Positions 54,201 through 64,000 of a DNA stretch of 64,000 bases are shown one piece after another; position 1 is the first letter of the stretch, and every line of letters begins with the position of its first letter. A program made the translations under genes and the position numbers. This DNA is from Tubiluchus corallicola. Its lineage: Eukaryota > Animalia > Priapulida. The notes beneath the pieces are model-generated. The model was given only the letters and a program-made list of their open reading frames with translations, was not told the DNA's origin and did not search any database. The DNA lies in NCBI GenBank assembly GCA_030141605.1, contig JAQGDQ010000088.1, forward strand, positions 310,001-374,000, read 5' to 3'.

Positions 54201-57200
54201 AACTACCTGCACTCAAAGCACTAGGGGCTAGCTGTGACAGCAACTGAAAAGCACTGCTACATGTCGCTTCACATTAGTCAGCACAAATTCAGTGCTGTCT
54301 GTGAAATGTCTGTGAATATTGCAAAGGTTTGAAAGCCTGATGCAATAATTTCCAGGTGCTTAATAAAATACAGTAAAGTTGCTTATTGGCTCCTTACAGC
54401 AGCATGTCAACTACCTGCACTCAAAGCACTAGGGGCTAGCTGTGACAGCAACTGAAAAGCACTGCTACATGTCGCTTCACATTAGTCAGCACAAATTCAG
54501 TGCTGTCTGTGAATATTGCAAAGGTTTGAAAGCCTGATGCAATAATTTCCAGGTGCTTAATAAAATACAGTAAAGTTGCTTATTGGCTCCTTACAGCAGC
54601 ATGCCAACTACCTGCACTCAAAGCACTAGGGGCTAGCTGTGACAGCAACTGAAAAGCACTGCTACATGTCGCTTCACATTAGTCAGCACAAATTCAGTGA
54701 GCAATGCAATGATGATTAAACATCAAAGTCAATAATTATATGCACATGTGTTGAAAGCAAATTGTCGTCATTCGGCATGAAGATAGTGTTGTTTTGAAAA
54801 ATGTCATTAATTATCGTATTTACAATTACTTAATTTAGTTAATCTAAATGTGTAAATTTCTATTAAGTTAATCTATTTGCTTGGAATATATATTCCAAAT
54901 GCCTTCTGCTCTGGTACCATACAGGGTAGTTAACCCGGCTGCTGGTAGTTAGAGTCTCCTTCTCTAGTCTACACAGTGGCAACTCTTGTCTGGCGCGTCC
55001 AAGTCGCGGGGGTGGAGGCTGCTTAGGCAGTTACCAAGTTCAGGCAAGGACCCAATGTCGCGGGGTATAACGCTTCACCCTGGTCAGGGTTACGACCGAA
55101 GACCCCAACGGCGGATCATGCGGAAGTGAACCATGCTTAGTTCTCAACGGCTGAGATGGCGGATGAGGGCAATGCCATGCGGGCTGGCTAGAAGGCATCT
55201 CTCAAAATACTGGAAGAATGGCAGCCTGCTGCGACTTTCAAGGAAATCCTGTCTGTCTCCCCCCAGGAGACACAGAAATTGATCTGAAAGCCAAGTGTGT
55301 GGGCTTCTACCCGGCAAGTAATTGCCCACCTTAATCAATCTCACGCCAATGGCCACCTTTCGGTCAAATAAAACTCAAGCCCAACGGCGATGGGATAAGG
55401 GTGACGGGAGCAGGTTTGGTTAAACTGGAAGCTCTTAGCCTCGACCTACACGTTGGCGGCAAGTGTGTGATGGTCGCCTTCTTGAGAAACTGTGACTACT
55501 CAAGGATCCGGTCCTGCACTTGTGACTGGGCAGGCCTTTTCAGGACCACCGCTGCCCACCTCAAATGAGGAAGGCCCTAGAAAACTTGGGCTAGACATCG
55601 GAAGTCACTTTTTTTTGCCTGGCTGGACTACCGCACCCAGCGGGTTACCCACTTCTGCGGGCGAAATAAAAAGGAAAATAATCTTAAAACTACCGTACTA
55701 ACTATTGGATCTTGGAATGTTCGGACACTTCTGGATCGCAAAAATTCGGATAGACCTGAACGACGGACAGCCCTAGTTGCTAAAGAGCTTGTCAGATTCA
55801 ACATTGATATAGCTGCTCTCAGTGAAACACGGATTTCCGAAGAAGGGCAGCTTGAGGAGACTGGTGCTGGATACACCTTCTTCTGGAAGGGAAAAGACCA
55901 AGAGGAACGGAGGAACCACGGAGTGGGCTTTGCCATTAGGAGTCAACTGGTCAGAAACCATAACATGACTCCAAAAGGCATCAACGAACGACTTATGACT
56001 CTTCGTGTGCCTCTCCCAGAGAATAACTTTGCCACCTTGATTTCTGCCTACGCTCCAACATTGGATGCTCAAGATGATGTCAAGGAAACTTTCTATCAAC
56101 AACTAAGCGACACCATCTCCCAAGTTCCAGCGAGGGACCGCCTTCCACTCTTGGGAGACTTTAATGCTAGAGTGGGCAAAGACAATCTCCTCTGGGAAAA
56201 CATTATTGGAAAACAGGGCATTGGTAACTGTAATGCAAATGGACTCCTCCTCCTTGGCCTTTGTGCTGAGCATGAGCTTTTCATCACTAATACCCAATTT
56301 CGGCTTCCTAACCGTTTCAAAACAACATGGAGACACCCTCGGTCTAAATTATGGCATACCCTTGACTACGTCATTGTCAAACAACAGCATAAGAAGGATG
56401 TTTTGGTTACTAGGAGCTTGCCCGGTGCTGATGACTGTTGGACAGACCACCGTCTTCTGATCAGCAAAATAAGAATGAGCCTGCATCGAAAACCAAGAAC
56501 TCGCATCAACAACCAGGCTAGAAGAAGATATGACATCAGTAAACTAACAAGCCCAACCACGTCTCAAAACTATAGAGATGCGCTCAATCAAAAGATAACT
56601 GCAAACCAAGTTAATACCTCACTAGACTCAGAATGGACTAACCTACGCACGGCTATGGAAGAGGCAGCCCAAGGCACAATTGGACTCCAAGAAAGGAAGC
56701 ATCAAGACTGGTTTGACTCCCATGACCAAGAAATCGCTGCTCTCATTGATGCCAAGCGAAAAGCCAGGATAGACCATGAGCAGCATCCCCTGTCATCCGA
56801 GAAGAAAGTCAGGTTCCAACAACTGAAAAGCCAATGTCAGTCCAGAATGAGGGAGCTCCAAAACAACTGGTGGCAACAGAAGGCAGAAGAACTTCAACAT
56901 CATGCAGATTGCAGAGACCTTAGAAGTTTTTACGTAGGCACCAAGGAGATCTATGGTCCTAGAAGAACATCAGTGGGAACTCTTATGTCAGCCGACAACA
57001 CCACCCTCCTGACCGAGAGCTAAGATATTCTGGACCGATGGAAACAGCACTTTAACACCTTGCTAAACCGGAACTCAACGACAGCAGCTGACTTCCTAAG
57101 GAATGTTCCACAGCATCCCCTGCAACCCCAGTTATCGGTTCCACCCAACTTTATTGAGTTTGAAACAGCCATTAAGCGTATGCCTCGAGGGAAGGCTGCT

Positions 57201-60200
57201 GGACCCGACAATATCCAAGTGGAACTCATCAGTCATGGTGGACCTGCTCTCAAGAACCGACTGTTCAACCTGATGCTTCAAATGTGGGAAGCAAAACGAG
57301 TCCCAGATGACCTGAAAAACGCACTCATTGTCACTATCTTTAAAAAGGGGGATCGCAACCTGTGTGGAAACTACAGGGGGATATCACTGCTTTCAATTGC
57401 CGGAAAGATTCTGTCAAGAATTATCTTGAACCGTCTTCAGGAGGTTGCAGAAAGGATCATACCTGAATCTCAGTGTGGGTTCCGACTTTACGTGGGACCA
57501 TTGATATGATCTTCTGTGCGCGACAACTGCAGGAAAAGGCCCGTGAGCAGCGGAAGCCTCTCTTCCTCGTGTTCTATGACTTAGAAAAAGCCTATGACAG
57601 CGTTCCGAGAGAAGCCATGTGGGCTGTCCTACAACGTTTTGGTCTTCCGGATGACTTCATCAAGATGATACAAGCTATGCATGATGGTATGACGGCACGT
57701 GTTATCAACCAAAACACTATCTCAGAAGAGTTCCCAATCACTTGTGGACTAAAACAAGGCTGTGTCCTCGCACCAACGCTCTTTTCACTCTATCTCACTG
57801 CTATGCTTCATGACCTTCCACCAGACAATCCAGGGGTGGAATTGAGATGCCGCTTTGATGGGGGGCTCTTCAATCTGTCGCGTTTTCGAGCCAGGAACCG
57901 CACCACAACTTTCAGAGTGACAGAGCTGCAATATGCGGATGATAATGCGGCACCAGCCCACTCAGCCAATCACCTGCAACAATCAGTCAGCAACTTCTGT
58001 GACGCATCTTCTCGCTTTGGCCTTACAGTCAACATAGGAAAAACCAAAGTTATTGTCCAACCATCACCTGAAGCAGACACACCAGTATGTAACATCTCCA
58101 TTAATGGTACAGATCTAGAATGTGTTGAACATTTCCCGTACCTGGGCAGTCTACTCTCCGTCCAGTGCAACTCAACAAAGGATGTGGAAAATAGGCTTAG
58201 AGCTGCCCATGCCGCTTTCGGCAGACTCTCAACCCGTGTCTTTGGTAATGCTCATCTAACTCGTCGAACCAAGCTGATGGTCTATAATGCTATTGTCGTT
58301 TCCACACTCCTTTACGGATGTGAAACATGGACTCTGTACCGCCAAGACCTAAAAAAACTCGAACAGTTCCACCAGAAAAAGCTTCGCTCAGTTTCCAACA
58401 TCAGATGGGATGATTATGTCACCAATAATTCAGTTCTCGAGAGATTCAACACCACTAGTATAGAAGCTATGATTACGAAACATCGGCTAAGGTGGGCAGG
58501 TCATGTAGCACGTATGGACGAAAACAGACTTCCCCGAAGGATCCTCTTCAGTGAGCTGAGCACTGGAAAACGCCCCCTGGGCCGCCCTAGGCGCCGCTAC
58601 AAGGACCAACTAAAAGAAACCCTGCAATCAGCAAGGATCGATCCAGAAACCTGGGAGCAGACAGCGCGGCAGCGAACAAAGTGGAGAAGAGTCATCCAGG
58701 AAGGGACTGAGCATTTTGAAACAACCAGACGAGCAGCAATTGAAGCCAAACGTCAACGAAGGAAAGAGAAGGCCCGTCAACCTCAGGTAACTCCCACCAT
58801 CCAATGTGACAAATGCACCAGAATGTTTCGAGCAAGGATCGGGCTGTTAAGCCACCAACGTGCCCACCACAGCTAGTAACTTCGACCGAAAGGACAATAC
58901 TCGGAAACGAGTGAAAGCCGACGACGATATTCCAAATATAATATATTTCGAGAAAATATTATTCTGCAAATACGGATTTAAAATTGAATTGCAGCCAAAA
59001 ACATAGCTCACACTTTTCTAGTCCACGGTATAGGTCGATGTAAACCTGCAAATAATTACAAATACAACTGCAAAAATTGTCTGATAATTGTGCAAATGGA
59101 AACGAACTACATTTGAATTTGTTCTATTGATCATTCAACGTTTTATAATCTATTAAATAAAACTACCAGCAATGGCACGATATATCACATTGTGCCATTA
59201 GTGGAAACTGCTGAAACAACACCTTCACATAGCCTTGAATGGTAAAGGATGCTCCTCCCCTAAACAAGTTTAGTGGGTAATTATCAATGGATAATTGACT
59301 GTAATATAATTATCAGTGTATCAGCTATATACAGCCAGCTGATGAAGTGTAACTGTTAACACCACCCCACTGCATGGAACCACTGTTGTATAACTATAAC
59401 AGTGTCTACTTTTCTGGGTTTTTTTCTGTGACTGATATTACACTACCTCATCATTCAGAAATTACAATGTTATAGCGACTACTATAATTCGTCTTAATTA
59501 TCTCTGTCATTACACCAACAGACGTAATGAAATGTGAGAAACCACTTTAGTTAATGTTTGTTTAGTGTTGAATGTTTGAGGACAAGTTGCTTATGTAACT
59601 AATAATTGCTGAAACTCGTGCCTATACAGATGTCAAAAAAACTTAGTGATCTAACACTAATAATAACAATTATTATATAAACCTTAATTTAAAGTTTGCT
59701 TTACACAACAGACAACACAAGCCATAAGGTTTGCATTGTGGACTACAAACAACAAACAAAAAGTACAAAACAAGGATTACCACTATCCCGCTTTTACTCT
59801 GTGTGCAATGCAGTTCAGTCAAGTCTTTCAGTTAAAGTCCAAATCGAGCCCCAAGTCTTTAAGCCCAAGGCCTAGTCGAGTCTCGAGTCACAAATGCTAC
59901 ATGTGAGACAGTGTTCTATAGCATGTTCAACTTCAAATCGAGTTCCAAGTCAAAGTAATCCAGGATTTAATCGATTCTCAAATTTCTGTTTAATAATAAT
60001 AAACTATTTTCATTAATTTTGGTGCTACTTTGCTTATTGCTGCACTAAATTTATTGAGCAATATACTGACATTTTAAATTTTGTTATACACTCAAACTAT
60101 CTGCGCAAAGCACATTATTTAACAAATGGTTTTAGTTATTAGTAATTTTGCATTGGTGTTATACTGAATATCTTCTACAAGAAGTTTTTCAAGTCGTTTA

Positions 60201-62845
60201 TTCACGTAAGAAATAAAATGTCACATAACTGACACATCATACATTCTTGCTAGAGAATCACTTTGACTGAAGGCCAGTTCAATTAATGGGCACATTAGTA
60301 GCTGGCAACTAAATACGTTATTAGCCAGTTTAAAAAGCCTGCTGTTAAAAAAGTGGTGTTTGATGTATTTGAACTTTTCTCATGCAATTCCAAGAGTACA
60401 CTTAACAGAAAAGTTTTTAGCTAAGCGTAGATGCAAACACTGCCATTGAACCTGGAGTGTTTAAGAATTACACCTTAGGCATAATACAGACATGACAAAC
60501 AACGAACACCGATCAAACGTGGAAGTGAAATGCTTTCGCAAATAATAACAATGTAACAATTTACTTATAACAAGCATAATTTTTGTTTTACTGTTCGTGT
60601 ATTTCGTGTCATTAATCAAGTCAATGTTCTGTCATGTCAAGTTGCGAGTCATTTATTACTAGAGGTAAGTCTCGAGTCAGTGACATGCAAGTGCAAGTCA
60701 AGTCAGAGTCTAAAGCAAATTTTGACTCGAGTCCTAAGCTGAGACTTGAGTACGACAACACCGATGCTATGCATCAGGCAGAACAACAGCAGGTATAATT
60801 TTTAGTGTCTCATTTGACTCGGACGTTGTATCAAACATACGACCTCCCAGACGGAAAGCAGACATGTTCTCCACTGGACTACACAGTCTGGTCTGATACG
60901 TACAGCACTGCAACCCAGATACCGAAAACACATTGGTATCGTCACTGAATAGAGAATCTTAACTAAAACCTCAAAAACTGTTGTAATAGGTCTATGCGTA
61001 CTATATCTACTACAGCGGGAACTTTAAGAATCTGCAGTTTCCCCATAACTAATTAAACCACGGAATGCCTAGTGGTAGAGCTGGCTCTGGTTGAACGACA
61101 TGTTCGGTCTCACAATTAGTTGTTCTTACAATTAGTAGTAGGTTGGTCTTACAATTATTAATAGGCTTATACGCCCGAGTATTTCAATAAATGCTACTGT
61201 ACAATTTTACTCTTCTCTACAAAGCTGATGTTCAACCCATTTTGGAAAATGAATCAATTGTATAGTCAACATAGTATACTCCTCTCAAGAATGCACTTGA
61301 TAGAATTCAGGATCAATGCATTTGCCTAACTGTTGAGTTGGATGCCACTTCAATTTTCACTCTTGTCCAGAGGTGTGACTCAGAGACTGCTGACTTGTGA
61401 ATTTCTTCAACCATTCTAACAAAGAGAAACTTGTTTTTCCAGGCCTCAGGGTTTCTCATGGTCATGAGTCTAAGTTATTTACGCACTTTGGGTATTGTGT
61501 AGTTCAGCCATGATGATCAACCATCAGTGCTTCATCTATGCACAGTTACAGGGCATTTGAGAGAGTACCATGTTTGCGAAGTCTAAGAGACCTAACCACA
61601 ACACGGTTACTGATGGTCTCTCCTTAACAATTTGCGAAATTGCGGCAGATTTGATGCATCAATTGTTTCACTATTAACTGAATACCAAGGGCCCATAACA
61701 CGAGAAGAGAAGAAATGAGCTCTGATATTAGTGCGAGAGTACTGCACAAATAATTTAGAATTGTGTCCACGTAAATCACGTAGTGGTCTAGAAAAAAATT
61801 TATCACTATGCAAAACAGAACTACCACTAATGACTTTACAACAGTTAATAAGATCCATAGTATCACGGAGTTGTTCAAGAGAAGATACAGAGCAGGCTGA
61901 ATATCAGAGGCGAGCCTAATACATCTCCATTGAGTTTTTTCTAAAGATTTTTAACAGTAACATACTGTGGTGACCAAACAATGCATGCATATAACAGCAT
62001 TGACCTAACTACAGCTTTATAAAGAGGTATAATAACTTTTGCACTACGTGATGAAATGTAGCCTTTTTATCATTCCAACGCATCTATTGGCCTGAGAAAT
62101 AATATGCTCAATATGTGAATTCCACTTCAGGTTGTTTGAGATTAATACAAGTAAATCACGTACAACTGATTTGTCTTCAATAGCAACATCTCTCAGATAA
62201 TAAGGTATTGCAGAATTAGAACGAATACGAAGTGCGCTGCATTTACTACGGTTGTGGGTCATTGGCCAGTTGTCACACCACAGCTCAATTTCAGACAGGT
62301 TAGCTTGTAATATCTCTTGATCAAAGGAATCTCTAATTGGACGGAAAGATTTTATATCATCAACAAACAGTGGTATACGTGTGTCAGGGAATACACAATC
62401 AATAACATAATTGATAAAAGTAAGAAAACAATAAGGTCCTGACAAAGTCCCTTGACGAATGCCACTGGTTACATTTCTCCAGGAAGTGGATTTAAAACTA
62501 CTCTTTGCCTTTTATGTGTTAGAAAATAACGAAACCATTGGAGTAGTTTCCCTCCATATTCCATTTTTAACATGAGACAACGAAAAGGAACGAAATCAAA
62601 TACTTTTCTAAAATCAATATATAGAATATCAATTGATGGGAGAATGTGGTCATCAAAACCAGTATCATTACCATTTACACTTGTTACAATTTAGGTTTTT
62701 AATTTCTTTAGATAAGGTACAATTATTTACTAATTACCTCACAAGCAGCAAGAAGACGTTTTCCTAACAGTCGAACGTTCTGCAAGTTCGAAATTACAGC
62801 CAAACGAGGCCCTACCGGCGCAGAAATGGACACAGACAGGATCAT
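39231..62845 (-). CDS. GPT: Alanine aminotransferase (ALT/GPT family), about 527 aa with putative mitochondrial presequence, 14 coding exons
   Basis: Exons 62845-62738 (putative), 53049-52900, 52265-52176, 51567-51459, 48031-47898, 47111-46998, 46452-46323, 44818-44739, 44275-44142, 43283-43175, 42633-42568, 42112-41957, 39980-39868, 39321-39231; phases consistent (1584 nt). Motifs: [46 protein letters not shown] lysine in [45 protein letters not shown]. Confidence 0.93.
40390..41440 (-). mobile_element. Helitron-like non-autonomous element in an ALT intron
   Basis: Minus-strand 3' end gtccgcaaaatttttgcagg-gtttgg-CTAA is a hairpin followed by a CTRR-like terminus; internal (CACCA)-type microsatellite; homologous to 1830-2550. 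The 5' boundary is uncertain. Confidence 0.5.
43440..43826. mobile_element. Foldback/MITE-like element with two outward-facing tRNA-derived heads
   Basis: Imperfect inverted arms of about 145 bp (tgatggtaagaaacccacaattaactg versus rc tgatggtgaaaatccacagttaattg); each arm holds an A-box/anticodon-arm/B-box-like sequence (minus about 43513-43585; plus about 43685-43757). Confidence 0.6.
45223..46312. mobile_element. Non-autonomous DNA element (hAT-like agtgttg...caac termini) with caagtc/gagtc subterminal repeats
   Basis: Starts gagtgttgcaatcaagtc and ends gactcgagtactacaacgttg; colinear homologous copy at about 59800-60765. Confidence 0.65.
48716..48799. repeat. 84-bp hairpin / mini-MITE with perfect 23-bp inverted repeats
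   Basis: atacttattttgatcagtcgtac (48716-48738) and gtacgactgatcaaaataagtat (48777-48799). Confidence 0.85.
50793..51340 (-). mobile_element. Kolobok-like DNA transposon remnant with a decayed THAP domain
   Basis: TTAA on both sides (50789-50792, 51341-51344); termini agcggtatt / rc agcagcact; ORF 50816-51211 contains [23 protein letters not shown], resembling the THAP FPKD...W...CSxHF..F pattern. Confidence 0.55.
54099..54699. repeat. Tandem triplication of a ~197-208-bp unit, near-identical copies
   Basis: Units start at 54099, 54307 and 54504 (tgtctgtgaatattgcaaagg...gcacaaattcagtg); only isolated substitutions, plus an 11-bp junction duplication. Confidence 0.95.
54901..55049 (+). ncRNA. 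HDV-like self-cleaving ribozyme at the RTE 5' end
   Basis: P1 GCCUUC (54901-06)/GGGGGU (55008-13) with G1-U wobble; P2 UCUUGUCUG (54984-92)/CAGGCAAGG (55041-49); P3 GCG (54995-97)/CGC (55005-07); L3 UCCAAGU; P1.1 CC/GG (55014-15); P4 GGCUGC-UUAG-GCAGUU; J4/2 ACCAA with catalytic-position C55034. Confidence 0.85.
55581..58876 (+). pseudogene. Disrupted RTE ORF (EN-RT-zinc finger)
   Basis: Frame is open from after TAG 55578-55580 through ...[19 protein letters not shown]; the ORF-track pieces 55923-57023, 57060-57509 and 57473-58876 are one polyprotein broken by one stop and one frameshift. Confidence 0.9.
59800..60765. mobile_element. Second, diverged copy of the 45223-46312 element
   Basis: Colinear shared blocks (ggatttaatcgattctcaa, aagcgtagatgcaaacactgc, ttaagaattac, gagact.gagtac.acaac). 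Left boundary approximate. Confidence 0.7.
60825..60890 (-). repeat. Degenerate tRNA-derived SINE-like head
   Basis: rc ctgtgtagtccagtggagaacatgtctgctttcc...gtttgatac has an A-box-like and a decayed B-box-like motif. Confidence 0.35.
61560..62650 (-). mobile_element. CR1/L2-group LINE fragment (RT and C-terminus, decayed)
   Basis: [18 protein letters not shown] (YADD-like), [34 protein letters not shown]. Confidence 0.85.
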
Positions 62846-63829
62846 CTACAGTATTTTAGGAAATCTGGGCCCAGACGTGAAATGCTGAAGCCTGGAAAAG
62901 CAAGGTCGTTTGTGCGGGATTACAATCGAAAAATAATAATAACCGAAATAGGAAATGCAAAATAAAACTTCAAAGTTTGGTGTGAGTAAAGAACGACGTT
63001 AAAAGAGACTATAATAAAATCATAGTGCATATTATTTTATTAGCGCCGCCAGTAGAACACGTGTAATCTCTTGTCTGATTTTTTTTAAAAGTGCGGAGTG
63101 AAAATGGGAATGAGAATTATGGTGGACCGGCCTGGAGGATGGAGACTGACTCTGAGAGCTTGCATGTAGGGTGCAGAGTACGCCACTAGCCAAAGTAGAA
63201 CACTTCCTCCAAAACACATGTGCTGAATTTGCGGAGAAACAGTGTCGTACATGAGCAGCCCAAGTAGGGCACTGGCGATTTCTGTCGAAAATGGAGAATT
63301 ATGACACAACAAAACAATAAAACCAAACTTGTTTTAGAAAAAAGTAACTTTATTATAATGACGGATAGTCCTTGCAAATGTACTTTTTACAATAATCATC
63401 ACCATTATTATTAGCTCCATTAATATCATCATAACATTAAACTAAATATCGAATGCTTTAAAGAGAGAAACTATGTAGGGCACGTAGGTCGCTGGCCCGT
63501 TTACTTAGTAGAAAACATTTATTGATAATTTTGTTGAAGAGATAGTAAAACAGATCACCTGTTTGTGAAGCGAAACAAAATAAAAAATGATTATACCTTA
63601 AGCAAATATTGCAATCGCCTAAAAAGCGGGCTTATTTCACTTCAAAAAGACAAATATCGAAGTCAAATTTAATATTGGCCGTTTTATTAACTGAGAATAT
63701 GATTCTTTTATTTTATCAGATGTATAATAAATTAATTTTAGTCAAAGTTTATTGGCATATTCAATTATCATCATTATTATTATTAAATAAACAAGGACGC
63801 TGCCAGCACGGTTAACGACTTAATTCGAG

Positions 63830-63975
63830 ACCTGTCTTTAGCGTCCTACTTGGCAACCGATGTACGAAGCTTCCTAGTTGGGCTAGCGGCTAGCCGCTAG
63901 CTCATGTAAGGACGCGTCCTACTTGGGGTAGCTCATGTACGCCAATTGTCCTACTTCGACTAGTGTCCTATTCCG
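63830..63975. repeat. Short repeat cluster (gtcctactt, tagctcatgta) with a 20-bp palindrome; probable transposon subterminal region
   Basis: gtcctactt x3 plus gtcctatt; tagctcatgta x2; perfect palindrome gctagcggctagccgctagc at about 63882-63901. Confidence 0.55.
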
Positions 63976-64000
63976 CTCCCAACAGGAGAGTTTGTCAGAG

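Larger units (their letters stand above)
54901..58926 (+). mobile_element. Full-length RTE-clade non-LTR retrotransposon (APE endonuclease + RT + CCHH finger), inactivated
   Basis: 11-bp TSD atattccaaat (54890-54900, 58927-58937); (GAC)n 3' tail; EN motifs [33 protein letters not shown]; RT motifs [20 protein letters not shown]; C-terminal CDKC..HQRAH. In-frame TAA at 57021-57023 and a frameshift near 57490. Confidence 0.96.

Noticed and set aside
54099-54699. CRISPR-like array
   Set aside because: Eukaryotic context; units are whole tandem copies with no unique spacers and no cas genes.
55190-55196. AGAAGGC as the P1 partner of the RTE 5' end GCCTTCT
   Set aside because: Perfectly complementary, but not followed by the P1.1 GG or preceded by P3/L3; at most an alternative, possibly inhibitory, pairing.
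57021-57023. Programmed readthrough or frameshift in the RTE ORF
   Set aside because: RTE elements normally have one continuous ORF; the TAA and the shift near 57490 are more simply post-insertion mutations or sequencing errors.
62950-63310. Solo LTR overlapping the ALT promoter (minus-strand TGTCATA..., AATAAA)
   Set aside because: No matching inverted end or TSD found; the CpG-richer sequence is equally explained by a promoter or 5'UTR.

Overview
AT-rich eukaryotic (invertebrate metazoan-like) genomic DNA, not prokaryotic. I reconstructed five protein-coding genes by hand from splice signals: (1) an LRP2BP-like Sel1-repeat gene with a single-exon CDS (+, 3039-4061); (2) a tetraspanin whose 302-aa ORF splices in frame onto the downstream 423-aa 'orphan' ORF, predicting a 728-aa protein with a very long C-terminal tail (+, 13968-16610); (3) a two-exon S28-family serine peptidase (-, 17766-23296); (4) HEATR3/Syo1 (+, 15 coding exons, 25262-36620); (5) alanine aminotransferase (-, 14 coding exons, 39231-62845), with a distant first exon encoding a putative mitochondrial presequence and one GC-AG intron. 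ALT intron 1 holds a full-length, TSD-flanked but inactivated RTE-clade LINE (54901-58926). Its first nucleotide is the predicted cleavage site of a fully foldable HDV-like self-cleaving ribozyme, and its ORF has no AUG upstream of the endonuclease motifs. The remainder is TE debris (CR1-like LINE fragments, hAT- and Kolobok-like non-autonomous elements, Helitron-like repeats, an LTR end, a foldback element with two outward-facing tRNA-like heads), palindromes and microsatellites. Most short ORFs in the supplied track are spurious. All calls come from manual reading; no searches or folding programs were run.
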